From the NCBI GenBank assembly GCA_002433025.1, contig DJGZ01000051.1, positions 2,393 through 66,392 of the forward strand: a DNA stretch of 64,000 nucleotides, written 5' to 3'. The translations under genes and the position numbers were made by a program. Below the pieces are notes generated by a model. The model did not search any database, was not told the origin of the DNA, and saw only the letters and a program-made list of their open reading frames with translations. The stretch is from Bacteroidales bacterium UBA5833. GTDB taxonomy: Bacteria > Bacteroidota > Bacteroidia > Bacteroidales > Lentimicrobiaceae. Positions 55,514 through 64,000 of this stretch are shown piece after piece (the first letter of the stretch is position 1; every line of letters begins with the position of its first letter).

Positions 55514-58297
55514 TCAGATCACCACATTCACGATTTTCCCCGGCACCACGATAATCTTCCTGGGCGGCTTTCCTTCAAGCCATTTGGCGGATTCAGGCGC
55601 GGATACCACGGCATTTTCTATTTCGGAAACCGGAAGGCCCAGGGGGAGCTCCAGGAGAAAACGCATCTTACCATTGAACGAAACAGGGTATTTGAACGTG
55701 TTTTCGACGGTAAAATTTTCGTTGTAAACAGGGAAAACTGCCGAGGTAACACTCCCGGTATTGCCCAGCAAACTCCATAATTCTTCGGCAATGTGCGGGG
55801 CATAGGGCGATATCAGTACGGTAAGTTCGCTCAGGATGCTTCTGTTGCTGCATTTGAGGTCGGTAAGCTCATTCACACAAATCATAAACGAACTCACCGC
55901 GGTGTTGAACGAAAACCGTTCAATATCATCCTGCACTTTTTTAATTGTTCTGTGCAGCACTTTCAGTTCTGCTGCAGTTGGGGCGCTTTCGCTGATGTTA
56001 AAGTTATTGTCGAAATCGTGATAAAGTTTCCAGAGTTTACGCATAAACCTGAAAACGCCTTCAATGCCGTTGGTATCCCAGGGCTTCGACTGCTCCAGCG
56101 GGCCCAGGAACATTTCGTACAAACGCAGGGTATCAGCGCCGTAACGTTCGATCAGGTCATCGGGGTTTTGTACGTTGTACTTCGATTTCGACATCTTCTC
56201 CACTTCCCAGCCGCAAATGTATTTCCCGTCTTCAAGCACAAAATCAGCCCCTTCGAACTGGGGTTGCCAGCGGATAAATGCTTCTATGTCGAGCACGTCG
56301 TTGTGCACAATGTTAACATCTACATGAATAGCCTGAACGTCATAGTCTTTTTTCAGGTTGTAGCTTACAAACTTATTGGTACCCGTTACCCTGTATACAA
56401 AATTGGAACGTCCCTGGATCATTCCCTGGTTGATGAGCTTTTTAAACGGCTCATCTTCAATGGCAAGGCCAATGTCAAACAGGAACTTATTCCAGAAACG
56501 CGCGTAAATCAGGTGGCCGGTGGCATGTTCGGCCCCTCCCATGTAAAGATCCACGCTTTTCCAGTACCCGTTGGCTTCTTTTGAAAAGTATTCCCGATCG
56601 TTGCAGGGGTCCATGTAGCGGAGATAGTAGCCGCTGGATCCGGCAAAACCGGGCATGGTATTGGTTTCCAGCGGATAACCCTGGCTGCTTACCCAGTTTT
56701 TAGCCCTCGCAAGCGGTGGTTCGCCTGTTTCGGTAGGGAGGTAGGCATCCACTTCCGGCAATTCGAGCGGCAGTTCTTCTTCACTAAGGGTGTAGGGCAT
56801 GCCGTCTTTGTAGTAAACCGGGAATGGCTCCCCCCAGTAGCGCTGCCGGCTGAAAATGGCATCGCGCAGCCGGAAATTTACTTTTCCGTACCCTATGCCC
56901 AGTTCTTCAATTTTCCGGATGGTGGTGGTGATGGCTTCCTTTACTTCAAGACCGGTGATGAAGCCGCTGTTAATCATTACCCCCTCTTTGGAGTCGTAGG
57001 AATCTTCCCATTCCGACGGATCGACCGGTGTTTCGCCCTTACGGGAAACCACCTGGCGGACGGGCAATCCGAAATGCCGTGCAAAAGCAAAGTCGCGGCT
57101 GTCGTGGCCGGGAACAGCCATTATGGCTCCGGTTCCGTAGCCCATCAGCACGTAATCGGCCACCCAGACGGGAATTTCTTCCCCGCTCAGTGGATTTATG
57201 GCATAGGCCCCGGTAAATTCACCCGTAACTTTTTTCACCTCGGTCATGCGCTCGCGTTCGCTGCGGTTTTTGGCCCATTGCACATATTCTTCCACCCTGG
57301 CGCGGCAGCCGGGTGTGGTGATGGCTTCAACAAACGGATGCTCGGGGGCAAGTACCATAAACGTTACACCGAACATGGTATCGGCCCGGGTGGTAAATAT
57401 TTCCAGTTTCTGATCAAATCCTTTGATGGCAAACTCCGCTGAGCAGCCTTCCGAACGTCCGATCCAATTACGCTGTATTTCTCTGAGTGATTCCGGCCAG
57501 TCGATGTGGTCGAGGCCGTTGAGCAGGCGGTCGGCATAGGCCGTGATGCGCAGCAGCCATTGTTTCATGGTTTTGCGTTCAACCGGGTGACCCCCGCGCA
57601 CCGAAAAACCGTCGCTTACCTCGTCGTTGGCCAGCACCGTGCCCAGGGCAGGGCACCAGTTTACCATGGTGTCTGCCAGATAAGCCAGGCGGTAATTCAT
57701 CAGCACCTGTTGCTGCTGTTGTTCATTCATCGAAATCCATTCAGCGGCAGTAAATACCTTGGTATCGCTGCATGCCGCCTCAACCCCCGCATTTCCGGAT
57801 TTTTCGAATGCCGCAATCAGGGAGCTGACAGGCTCCGCTTTATTTGTGGTTTTATTATACCATGAGTGAAAAAGTTGTACAAAGGTCCATTGTGTCCATT
57901 TGTAATAGGCCGGATCGCTGGTACGCACCTCGCGGTCCCAGTCGTAAGAAAAGCCGATTTTATCCAGTTGCTCCCGGTAGCGGGCAATATTCTTTTCCGT
58001 TGTAACGGCAGGATGTGTGCCGGTTTGTATGGCATATTGCTCGGCCGGAAGTCCGTATGCATCGTAACCCATGGGATGCAGTACGTTAAAGCCCTTCAGC
58101 CGCTTGTAACGCGCATAAATATCTGAGGCAATGTATCCCAGCGGATGCCCTACATGCAGCCCTGCTCCCGAAGGGTAGGGAAACATGTCGAGTACATAAT
58201 ATTTTGGTTTACTGTGGTCAATATCAGTTTTGTAAGTCTTGTTTTCAGCCCAGAATTGCTGCCACTTCTTTTCTATTTCCCTGTAGTTGTAATCCAT
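55514..58297 (-). CDS. leuS: leucine--tRNA ligase
   Basis: 927-aa ORF with HIGH motif [18 protein letters not shown] motif KMSKSK and a CP1 editing insertion. Confidence 0.97.
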   Translation of the reverse strand: MDYNYREIEKKWQQFWAENKTYKTDIDHSKPKYYVLDMFPYPSGAGLHVGHPLGYIASDIYARYKRLKGFNVLHPMGYDAYGLPAEQYAIQTGTHPAVTTEKNIARYREQLDKIGFSYDWDREVRTSDPAYYKWTQWTFVQLFHSWYNKTTNKAEPVSSLIAAFEKSGNAGVEAACSDTKVFTAAEWISMNEQQQQQVLMNYRLAYLADTMVNWCPALGTVLANDEVSDGFSVRGGHPVERKTMKQWLLRITAYADRLLNGLDHIDWPESLREIQRNWIGRSEGCSAEFAIKGFDQKLEIFTTRADTMFGVTFMVLAPEHPFVEAITTPGCRARVEEYVQWAKNRSERERMTEVKKVTGEFTGAYAINPLSGEEIPVWVADYVLMGYGTGAIMAVPGHDSRDFAFARHFGLPVRQVVSRKGETPVDPSEWEDSYDSKEGVMINSGFITGLEVKEAITTTIRKIEELGIGYGKVNFRLRDAIFSRQRYWGEPFPVYYKDGMPYTLSEEELPLELPEVDAYLPTETGEPPLARAKNWVSSQGYPLETNTMPGFAGSSGYYLRYMDPCNDREYFSKEANGYWKSVDLYMGGAEHATGHLIYARFWNKFLFDIGLAIEDEPFKKLINQGMIQGRSNFVYRVTGTNKFVSYNLKKDYDVQAIHVDVNIVHNDVLDIEAFIRWQPQFEGADFVLEDGKYICGWEVEKMSKSKYNVQNPDDLIERYGADTLRLYEMFLGPLEQSKPWDTNGIEGVFRFMRKLWKLYHDFDNNFNISESAPTAAELKVLHRTIKKVQDDIERFSFNTAVSSFMICVNELTDLKCSNRSILSELTVLISPYAPHIAEELWSLLGNTGSVTSAVFPVYNENFTVENTFKYPVSFNGKMRFLLELPLGLPVSEIENAVVSAPESAKWLEGKPPRKIIVVPGKIVNVVI

Positions 58298-58320
58298 TGG
58301 TCGCTTTCTTTATAAGGGTG

Positions 58321-58328
58321 CAAAGGTA
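58321..58328 (-). promoter_or_regulatory. candidate -7 promoter box for leuS
   Basis: The reverse complement TACCTTTG fits TAnnTTTG and lies 23 nt upstream of the leuS ATG. Confidence 0.55.
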
Positions 58329-58565
58329 GGAAGAATCTGGCATTCAATTTTTGCGGGAAGAAAGTCCCTCTTTATAGTCCCGGTTACTTTGCGTTGTTCA
58401 TTAAGTGATTCGTTGGTTTTGACCATCCCGATCGCCTTCATGACACCGAAACTTCTGATATTACCGGGGTTTTTTAAAAATTTTTGCTGCCCGGTTAACC
58501 CTGGGGAGGGATCTTTTCTGCATTTCGTCAACCCTGATTAAACAGGACAGAACAGATTTTTTTTC

Positions 58566-58573
58566 TACCTTCG
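58566..58573 (+). promoter_or_regulatory. weak -7-like box for ftsX
   Basis: TACCTTCG has one mismatch to TAnnTTTG and lies 16 nt upstream of the ftsX ATG. Confidence 0.35.
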
Positions 58574-58589
58574 CAGCATAAACCTGCTT

Positions 58590-59465
58590 ATGTCGCGCCA
58601 CGAAGATAAACTCAGCCGGAGGCGGTTGCAAACCTCCACCGCCACTACCATTATCAGCATCTCCCTGGTGCTGTTTATGCTTGGCCTGCTTGGTCTTATC
58701 GTGCTGCATGCACAAAAACTTTCCAATTATGTCAGGGAGAACATCGGTTTTTCGGTAATCATCAAGGAAGAGGTAAAAGAGGCCGGCATCGTTGAGTTTC
58801 AGAAAAAACTGGATCTTGAAGATTTTGTGAAATCCACCGAGTACATTACCCGCGAAAAAGCCGCCGAAGACCTGACCAAAGAGCTGGGCGAGGATTTTGT
58901 GGATTTCCTGGGATATAACCCGCTACTGGCATCGATCGACATCCGGCTGAAGGCGGATTACGCCAACAACGACAGCCTGAAGATGCTCGAAAACCGGCTG
59001 ATTGCCAATCCCATCGTGAAGGAGGTTTTCTACCATAAATCATTGGTTGAGCTGGTAAATCAGAATATCCGCAGGATCAGTATTGTAATTCTTGCCTTTA
59101 CGGCTGTGCTCCTGTTGATTTCCGTCGCGCTGATCAACAACACCATCCGTCTGAGCGTGTACAGCAAGCGGTTTATCATCCGGAGCATGCAACTGGTGGG
59201 CGCCACGCAGCGCTTTATCCGCAAGCCCTTCCTGCTGAAGAGCCTGCTGCACGGGTTTCTGAGCGCCCTGATCGCCATTGTGCTGCTGGGCGTTGTATTG
59301 TACTTCTCGCGCAGGGCACTGCCCGAACTGGTTGACCTGCAGGATATCGATATGTTTCTTTCGCTGTTTGGCATTGTAACGGCGCTGGGCTTGCTGATTA
59401 CAGGGGCCTCCACCTTTTTTGCCGTGCGGAAATTTCTGCGGATCAGTCAGGACCGGCTTTATTAG
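58590..59465 (+). CDS. ftsX: cell division protein FtsX-like permease
   Basis: 291-aa ORF with one TM helix, a periplasmic domain and three C-terminal TM helices. This is the FtsX topology and length. Confidence 0.85.
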   Translation: MSRHEDKLSRRRLQTSTATTIISISLVLFMLGLLGLIVLHAQKLSNYVRENIGFSVIIKEEVKEAGIVEFQKKLDLEDFVKSTEYITREKAAEDLTKELGEDFVDFLGYNPLLASIDIRLKADYANNDSLKMLENRLIANPIVKEVFYHKSLVELVNQNIRRISIVILAFTAVLLLISVALINNTIRLSVYSKRFIIRSMQLVGATQRFIRKPFLLKSLLHGFLSALIAIVLLGVVLYFSRRALPELVDLQDIDMFLSLFGIVTALGLLITGASTFFAVRKFLRISQDRLY

Positions 59466-59557
59466 AGAGAGCCTGTTGAAAACACCGTTGCAGATGAAGT
59501 TTACGGCGGATGTTGAAAATTATAAATATTAATCACAGAGTTCAAAAATCAGGAACG

Positions 59558-59842
59558 ATGAATATAAAGAAATCAGATAAGGAAGTTGCCCCCAGAAAAG
59601 CACCCGCCGCGGGCGATAAAGCCATGCAATTTGCCTTTGGCCGTGAAAATTACCGCCTGATGCTGATCGGGCTGGCAGTGATTGCCCTGGGATTTATCCT
59701 GATGGTGGGCGGAGGATCTGACGATCCTTATGTGTTCAACGAAGGCATGTTTAATTTCAGGAGGCTTACCCTGGCTCCGCTGCTGATACTGGCCGGGTAT
59801 GTGATTGAAATTTACGCGATTATGAAAAAACCGCGCGACTAA
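59558..59842 (+). CDS. DUF3098-like small membrane protein
   Basis: The start was set at the ATG at 59558 (MNIKKSDKEV). It has two TM helices and sits in the conserved position between ftsX and uppP in Bacteroidota. The family is from memory. Confidence 0.65.
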   Translation: MNIKKSDKEVAPRKAPAAGDKAMQFAFGRENYRLMLIGLAVIALGFILMVGGGSDDPYVFNEGMFNFRRLTLAPLLILAGYVIEIYAIMKKPRD

Positions 59843-59845
59843 GCA

Positions 59846-60625
59846 ATGACAGTTATCGAGGCCATTATCATTGCGATTGTCGAAGGAATTACCGAGTTCC
59901 TTCCCGTCTCTTCCACAGGCCACATGATCATTACCCAGGAACTGCTGGGGATGGAAATCGATGATTTCGTAAAGGCTTTTACCGTTAATATTCAGTTCGG
60001 GGCCATCCTCTCTGTGGTCGTGCTTTACTGGAAGCGGTTTTTCCAGAGCCTTCAGTTTTACTATAAACTCTTTGTTGCCTTTATTCCGGCCGCCGTTATT
60101 GGTTTTCTGGCCGGTGATTTTATTGACTCCATGCTCGAAAGCGTGGTGGTGGTGGCCGTTATGCTGGTGCTGGGAGGCGTTGTGCTGGTGTTCGTTGACA
60201 AATGGTTCAACAAACCGGCTGCCGATCAGACCGTTACCTATCCGACGGCATTCAAAATCGGACTTTTTCAGTGCATCGCCATGATTCCCGGTGTTTCGCG
60301 TTCGGCGGCAACCATTATCGGGGGAATGACCCAGAAACTCGGCCGCAAAACCGCCGCCGAATTTTCATTTTTCCTGGCCGTGCCCACCATGTTTGCCGCG
60401 GCAGGGTATAAACTGATGCAGAATTATCAGACCATTACCGCCGAAAATATCGATATCCTGCTTATCGGGAATGCCGTAGCTTTTGTTGTGGCAATGATTG
60501 CCATCAAATCGTTTATCAGTTTTCTTACAAAGTATGGTTTCAGGGTATTCGGATATTACCGCATTCTGGTGGGACTGGCAATTCTGATTATGATTGCCCT
60601 CGGTTACGATTTAAATATTGCCTGA
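59846..60625 (+). CDS. uppP: undecaprenyl-diphosphate phosphatase
   Basis: 259-aa ORF with the BacA/UppP motifs [14 protein letters not shown] and [10 protein letters not shown]. Confidence 0.95.
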   Translation: MTVIEAIIIAIVEGITEFLPVSSTGHMIITQELLGMEIDDFVKAFTVNIQFGAILSVVVLYWKRFFQSLQFYYKLFVAFIPAAVIGFLAGDFIDSMLESVVVVAVMLVLGGVVLVFVDKWFNKPAADQTVTYPTAFKIGLFQCIAMIPGVSRSAATIIGGMTQKLGRKTAAEFSFFLAVPTMFAAAGYKLMQNYQTITAENIDILLIGNAVAFVVAMIAIKSFISFLTKYGFRVFGYYRILVGLAILIMIALGYDLNIA

Positions 60626-61362
60626 TGGACTGTCGTTTCGAAGAAGGGGAAGTCCTGCTGATCAATAAACCGCTGAAATGGTCATCGTTTGATGTAATCA
60701 ACCGTTTCCGGTATTTTCTGCGCAAACAGTGCGGCATTCAGAAGATCAAGGTCGGCCATGCCGGAACGCTTGATCCGCTGGCCGACGGACTGCTGATCGT
60801 TTGTACGGGCAGGTTTACCAAACGCATCGAAGAATTTCAGGGACAGGAAAAGGAGTACACCGGCACCTTCAGGCTGGGCGCTACCACCCCCTCATTCGAC
60901 CTGGAACACGAACCGGACCAGACCTTTGAAACGGACCATATTACCCCGGAAATGATCCGGCAGGCTGCAGCAGGCCTGACCGGCGATATCATGCAAGTGC
61001 CTCCCGTGTTTTCAGCCATCAAAATCGGGGGGAAAAGAGCATACAAATTTGCGCGGAAAGATAAAGATCCTGAGTTGTCAGCCCGCCCGGTAAATATCCG
61101 TGAATTTGAAATTACCCGTATTCAGATGCCGGAGGTTGATTTCCGGATCAGTTGCAGCAAAGGCACCTATATCCGTTCCATTGCCCGCGATTTTGGACTG
61201 GCACTAAATAGCGGGGCCCACCTCACTGCCCTCAGGCGAACAAAAATTGGTGATTTTTTGCTGAAGGATGCATGGGAACTCGAAGAGTTGATGGCGCATA
61301 TCAGAAAGTCTTATGGCACCGCATCCGGAAGCGGGGATGATGAAAAGCAGGAAGGGATGTAA
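60625..61362 (+). CDS. truB: tRNA pseudouridine(55) synthase
   Basis: 245-aa ORF with the catalytic motif GHAGTLDPLADGLL. Its start overlaps the uppP stop. Confidence 0.95.
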   Translation: MDCRFEEGEVLLINKPLKWSSFDVINRFRYFLRKQCGIQKIKVGHAGTLDPLADGLLIVCTGRFTKRIEEFQGQEKEYTGTFRLGATTPSFDLEHEPDQTFETDHITPEMIRQAAAGLTGDIMQVPPVFSAIKIGGKRAYKFARKDKDPELSARPVNIREFEITRIQMPEVDFRISCSKGTYIRSIARDFGLALNSGAHLTALRRTKIGDFLLKDAWELEELMAHIRKSYGTASGSGDDEKQEGM

Positions 61363-61450
61363 CATTTTCGGGCGTATACATCCTGAACTTTAATCTTGTC
61401 AGGTAATCGGAACCGGATACTCCGGCAGCAAACCATAGCCGGATGCCTGC

Positions 61451-62446
61451 TCAGAAACTTTTAAACCCGATAATTTCCCTTACCTCGCGGATGGTTTGTC
61501 CGGCACTGGCATGCGCTTTTTCTTTACCCATATTTACCACCCTGCGCAGGTAGTTGTTGTCAGCGGCGAGTTCGCGCATCTTTTCACGGAAAGGCTCTGT
61601 AAAGGCGATGGCATCTTCGGCCAGTTGTTTTTTCATATCGCCGTAACGGATGCGGCATTCGTTGTATGCCTCCTCAAAATGCGCGAGGGTTCCGGGCGCT
61701 GAGAGCGCTTTCATCAGGGCGAAGATATTTTCGATGGCCTGAGGTTTGGGCTGGTTGGGCTCGGTGGGGCCGCTGTCGGTAACTGCTTTCATAATCTTTT
61801 TGCGGATAACGGCCGGCTCGTCGTTCAGGAAGATGGCATTGCCTTCACCTTCTGACTTGCCCATTTTGGTGCTGCCGTCGAGGCCGGGGATTTTTATAAG
61901 CTGCTCGCCGAAGTTATAGGCTACCGGCTCGGGGAAATAATCCACCTTGTACAGGCGGTTAAAGCGGTTGGCAAAGGTACGGGTCATCTCGAGGTGCTGT
62001 TCCTGGTCTTTGCCTACGGGCACCTTGTGCGCTTTGTGGATGATGATGTCGGCGGCCATCAGCGTCGGGTAGGTCAGCAATCCGGCATTGATGTTGTCGG
62101 GTTGTGAGCGGGCTTTGTCCTTGAAGGAGGTCACACGCTCCAGCTCGCCCAGGTAAGCATTCATATTGAGGAAGAGATAGAGTTCGGCGGTTTCGGGCAG
62201 GTCGCTCTGCAGGTAAAGGGTCGCCTTTTCGGGATCGAGCCCGGCAGCCAGGTAGTCAATCAGCACACTTTTTACATTGCCATGCAGGTCGGCAGGGGTA
62301 GGGTGGGTGGTAAGAGAATGGTAATCAGCAATAAAGAAATAGCAGTTATTTTCATTCTGCATTTTGATAAAATTCTTCAGTGCCCCGAAATAATTACCGA
62401 GGTGAAGGTTTCCTGTGGGCCTGATGCCGCTGACAACTGTATCCAT
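61451..62446 (-). CDS. trpS: tryptophan--tRNA ligase
   Basis: 331-aa ORF with a HIGH-type motif TGNLHLGNY and KMGKS. Confidence 0.95.
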   Translation of the reverse strand: MDTVVSGIRPTGNLHLGNYFGALKNFIKMQNENNCYFFIADYHSLTTHPTPADLHGNVKSVLIDYLAAGLDPEKATLYLQSDLPETAELYLFLNMNAYLGELERVTSFKDKARSQPDNINAGLLTYPTLMAADIIIHKAHKVPVGKDQEQHLEMTRTFANRFNRLYKVDYFPEPVAYNFGEQLIKIPGLDGSTKMGKSEGEGNAIFLNDEPAVIRKKIMKAVTDSGPTEPNQPKPQAIENIFALMKALSAPGTLAHFEEAYNECRIRYGDMKKQLAEDAIAFTEPFREKMRELAADNNYLRRVVNMGKEKAHASAGQTIREVREIIGFKSF

Positions 62447-62496
62447 AACAATGTTTGGGTAAAAAAATCCGGACTTTTATCGCTGAAAGCCCGGTA

Positions 62497-62504
62497 CAAA
62501 AATA
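62497..62504 (-). promoter_or_regulatory. candidate -7 promoter box for trpS
   Basis: The reverse complement TATTTTTG fits TAnnTTTG and lies 50 nt upstream of the trpS ATG. Confidence 0.4.
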
Positions 62505-62553
62505 CTGCGAAAATCTTTAGGAAACTGCTTTTATACAGATAACGGGCAGTTGC

Positions 62554-64000
62554 TTACATTTTTATCTCGTCATCCACCTTGTTGAAGAAATGATATTCCA
62601 GGAAATGGTAGGATGGCATAGGGGAGAGCCTGATCCACCGTTTGAATTTGAAATACCATTTCATGCGGATGGACGGGAATCCATGCACAAGGTAGGCATA
62701 GACAAAGGGGTGGAGGTTTATTTTGATGAAGGGTTCATTCTGGTCGTGGATCAGGTAGCGGATATTATTTTCTATCTGATCGATGTGAATGATGCTGGGT
62801 TTGATTTCGCCGGTTCCGCCGCAGGCCGGGCATTTCTCGAGGATCTGCACATTCATTTCGGGCCTTACGCGCTGACGGGTGATCTGCACCAGGCCGAATT
62901 TGCTGGGTGGCAGAATGGTATGCTTGGCATGGTCTTTTGCCATTTCCTCTTTCAGCTTCTGGTAAAGCTTGCGGCGGTTGCCCCCTTCGTGCATATCAAT
63001 AAAGTCCACCACAATGATTCCGCCCATATCGCGCAGGCGGAGCTGACGGGCAATCTCGGCAGCCGCTTCGAGGTTGACAGCCAGGGCGTTCATCTCCTGC
63101 GAGATCTCCGAATTAACCCGGTGACCGCTGTTCACATCGATTACATGCAGGGCTTCGGTATGCTCAATAATGAGGTAAACCCCGCTTTTGATGGTAATGA
63201 TTTTCCCGAAGGAGTTCTTGATCTGTTTGTCGATGCCAAAGTGCTCGAAAATTGGCACTTTGCCTTTGAAGAGCTTTACGATCTCTACTTTATCGGGCGC
63301 AATGGTCTTTATGTACGCCTTAATTTCTTCATAGATGCCTGCATCGTTAACATGGATATTGTTAAACGACTCGTTCAGCAGGTCGCGGAGGATGGCGGTG
63401 GTGCGGTCTATCTCGCTCAGGATGCGCTGGGGCGCTTTGGCACCCGGCAGTTTGGCAATCACGGCATCCCATTTCGAGGTAAGGTTACGCAGATCGGCAT
63501 CAAGGTCGGCCACCTTTTTGTTTTCAGCTACCGTGCGGATAATTACGCCGAAATTCTTAGGTTTAATGCTGGTAATCAGTCGCTTGAGCCTGTTGCGCTC
63601 TTCCACGCTCTTGATCTTCTGCGAAACGGAAACCCTTGTGGAGAAAGGCACCAGCACCAGGTAACGGCCGGCAAACGAAATTTCCGACGAAACCCTGGGC
63701 CCCTTGGTGGAGATGGGTTCCTTGGCAATCTGTATCAGTACCTGCTGGTTCTGGGTAAGCACGGAGGTAATCTTGCCGGTTTTTTCAATATCCGGCTCCG
63801 GCTCCATATCAGCAATGGTGGGGGTCTCGGGCTTTCCGGTAAGGGTCAGTTTCAGCAGTTTATTCAGTGAATTGACCTGTGGACCAAGGTCAAGATAATG
63901 GAGAAAAGCGTCTTTTTCGTAGCCTACATCAACAAAAGCAGCATTCAGCCCGGGCATGATCTTCTTGACCCTGCCGAGATAAATATCACCTACCGAAAAA
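62554..64000 (-). CDS. rng: ribonuclease E/G family protein (RNase G-like), N-terminus beyond the right edge
   Basis: The frame stays open to position 64000. Own translation upstream of the track start gives FSVGDIYLGRVKKIMPGLNAAFVDVG, an S1-domain signature of RNase G. The catalytic region includes VVDFIDM. Confidence 0.85.
   Translation of the reverse strand, partial: FSVGDIYLGRVKKIMPGLNAAFVDVGYEKDAFLHYLDLGPQVNSLNKLLKLTLTGKPETPTIADMEPEPDIEKTGKITSVLTQNQQVLIQIAKEPISTKGPRVSSEISFAGRYLVLVPFSTRVSVSQKIKSVEERNRLKRLITSIKPKNFGVIIRTVAENKKVADLDADLRNLTSKWDAVIAKLPGAKAPQRILSEIDRTTAILRDLLNESFNNIHVNDAGIYEEIKAYIKTIAPDKVEIVKLFKGKVPIFEHFGIDKQIKNSFGKIITIKSGVYLIIEHTEALHVIDVNSGHRVNSEISQEMNALAVNLEAAAEIARQLRLRDMGGIIVVDFIDMHEGGNRRKLYQKLKEEMAKDHAKHTILPPSKFGLVQITRQRVRPEMNVQILEKCPACGGTGEIKPSIIHIDQIENNIRYLIHDQNEPFIKINLHPFVYAYLVHGFPSIRMKWYFKFKRWIRLSPMPSYHFLEYHFFNKVDDEIKM

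Noticed and set aside
62590-63870. A 426-aa plus-strand ORF, very long for an unannotated frame.
   Set aside because: It lies entirely antisense to the RNase G gene, which has clear family motifs. Its own translation shows no recognisable motifs. It is most simply a shadow ORF created by the codon usage of the real gene. Only ribosome profiling could rescue it.
1-64000. CRISPR arrays, retron/DGR reverse transcriptases, transposases, prophage genes, toxin-antitoxin pairs and biosynthetic clusters.
   Set aside because: I scanned the ORF translations and the intergenic regions for regularly spaced repeats and for hallmark motifs, and found none. The only tandem repeat is the 34-bp heptamer array at 36703-36736.

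Overview
This window looks like an ordinary chromosomal stretch from a Bacteroidota-type genome. The evidence is TAnnTTTG -7 promoter boxes directly upstream of many genes, almost no Shine-Dalgarno signal, and phylum-typical clusters (TPR/DUF4292/M23, ftsX-DUF3098-uppP-truB, plus a GlnRS). It is gene-dense, mostly housekeeping and mostly on the minus strand. I can support about 50 CDS, 3 tRNAs (Ala-GGC, Gln-CTG, Cys-GCA) and 5 aminoacyl-tRNA synthetases (gltX, glnS, aspS, leuS, trpS). Other calls include mnmG, ybeY, dut, truB, uppP, ftsX, mgtE, mntP, folB, def, tatA, an ECF sigma gene with a possible anti-sigma partner, a very large histidine kinase, a class III nucleotidyl cyclase, an MBOAT plus two SGNH genes, and a 2025-aa alpha-2-macroglobulin. 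I saw no CRISPR array, integrase, transposase, phage or toxin-antitoxin signature, and I cannot honestly point to a convincing new multi-gene system. The observations most worth a second look are listed below.

1. Two consensus parS (ParB-binding) palindromes bracket mnmG, which suggests the window is origin-proximal.
2. A decayed second copy of the leuS 3' end lies about 1.9 kb downstream of the real leuS stop, so a GT-C glycosyltransferase gene is framed by the repeat like an inserted cassette.
3. A roughly 0.5-kb AT-rich ORF-free region between nadA and rpiB is packed with palindromes and DnaA-box-like 9-mers.
4. An AT-rich orphan islet lies between aspS and the macroglobulin gene.
5. Single-gene oddities include a signal-peptide Def paralogue, a macroglobulin without the thioester Cys, and a heptanucleotide repeat in the glnS promoter region.

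All family names come from reading motifs by eye and from memory. No database search was run.
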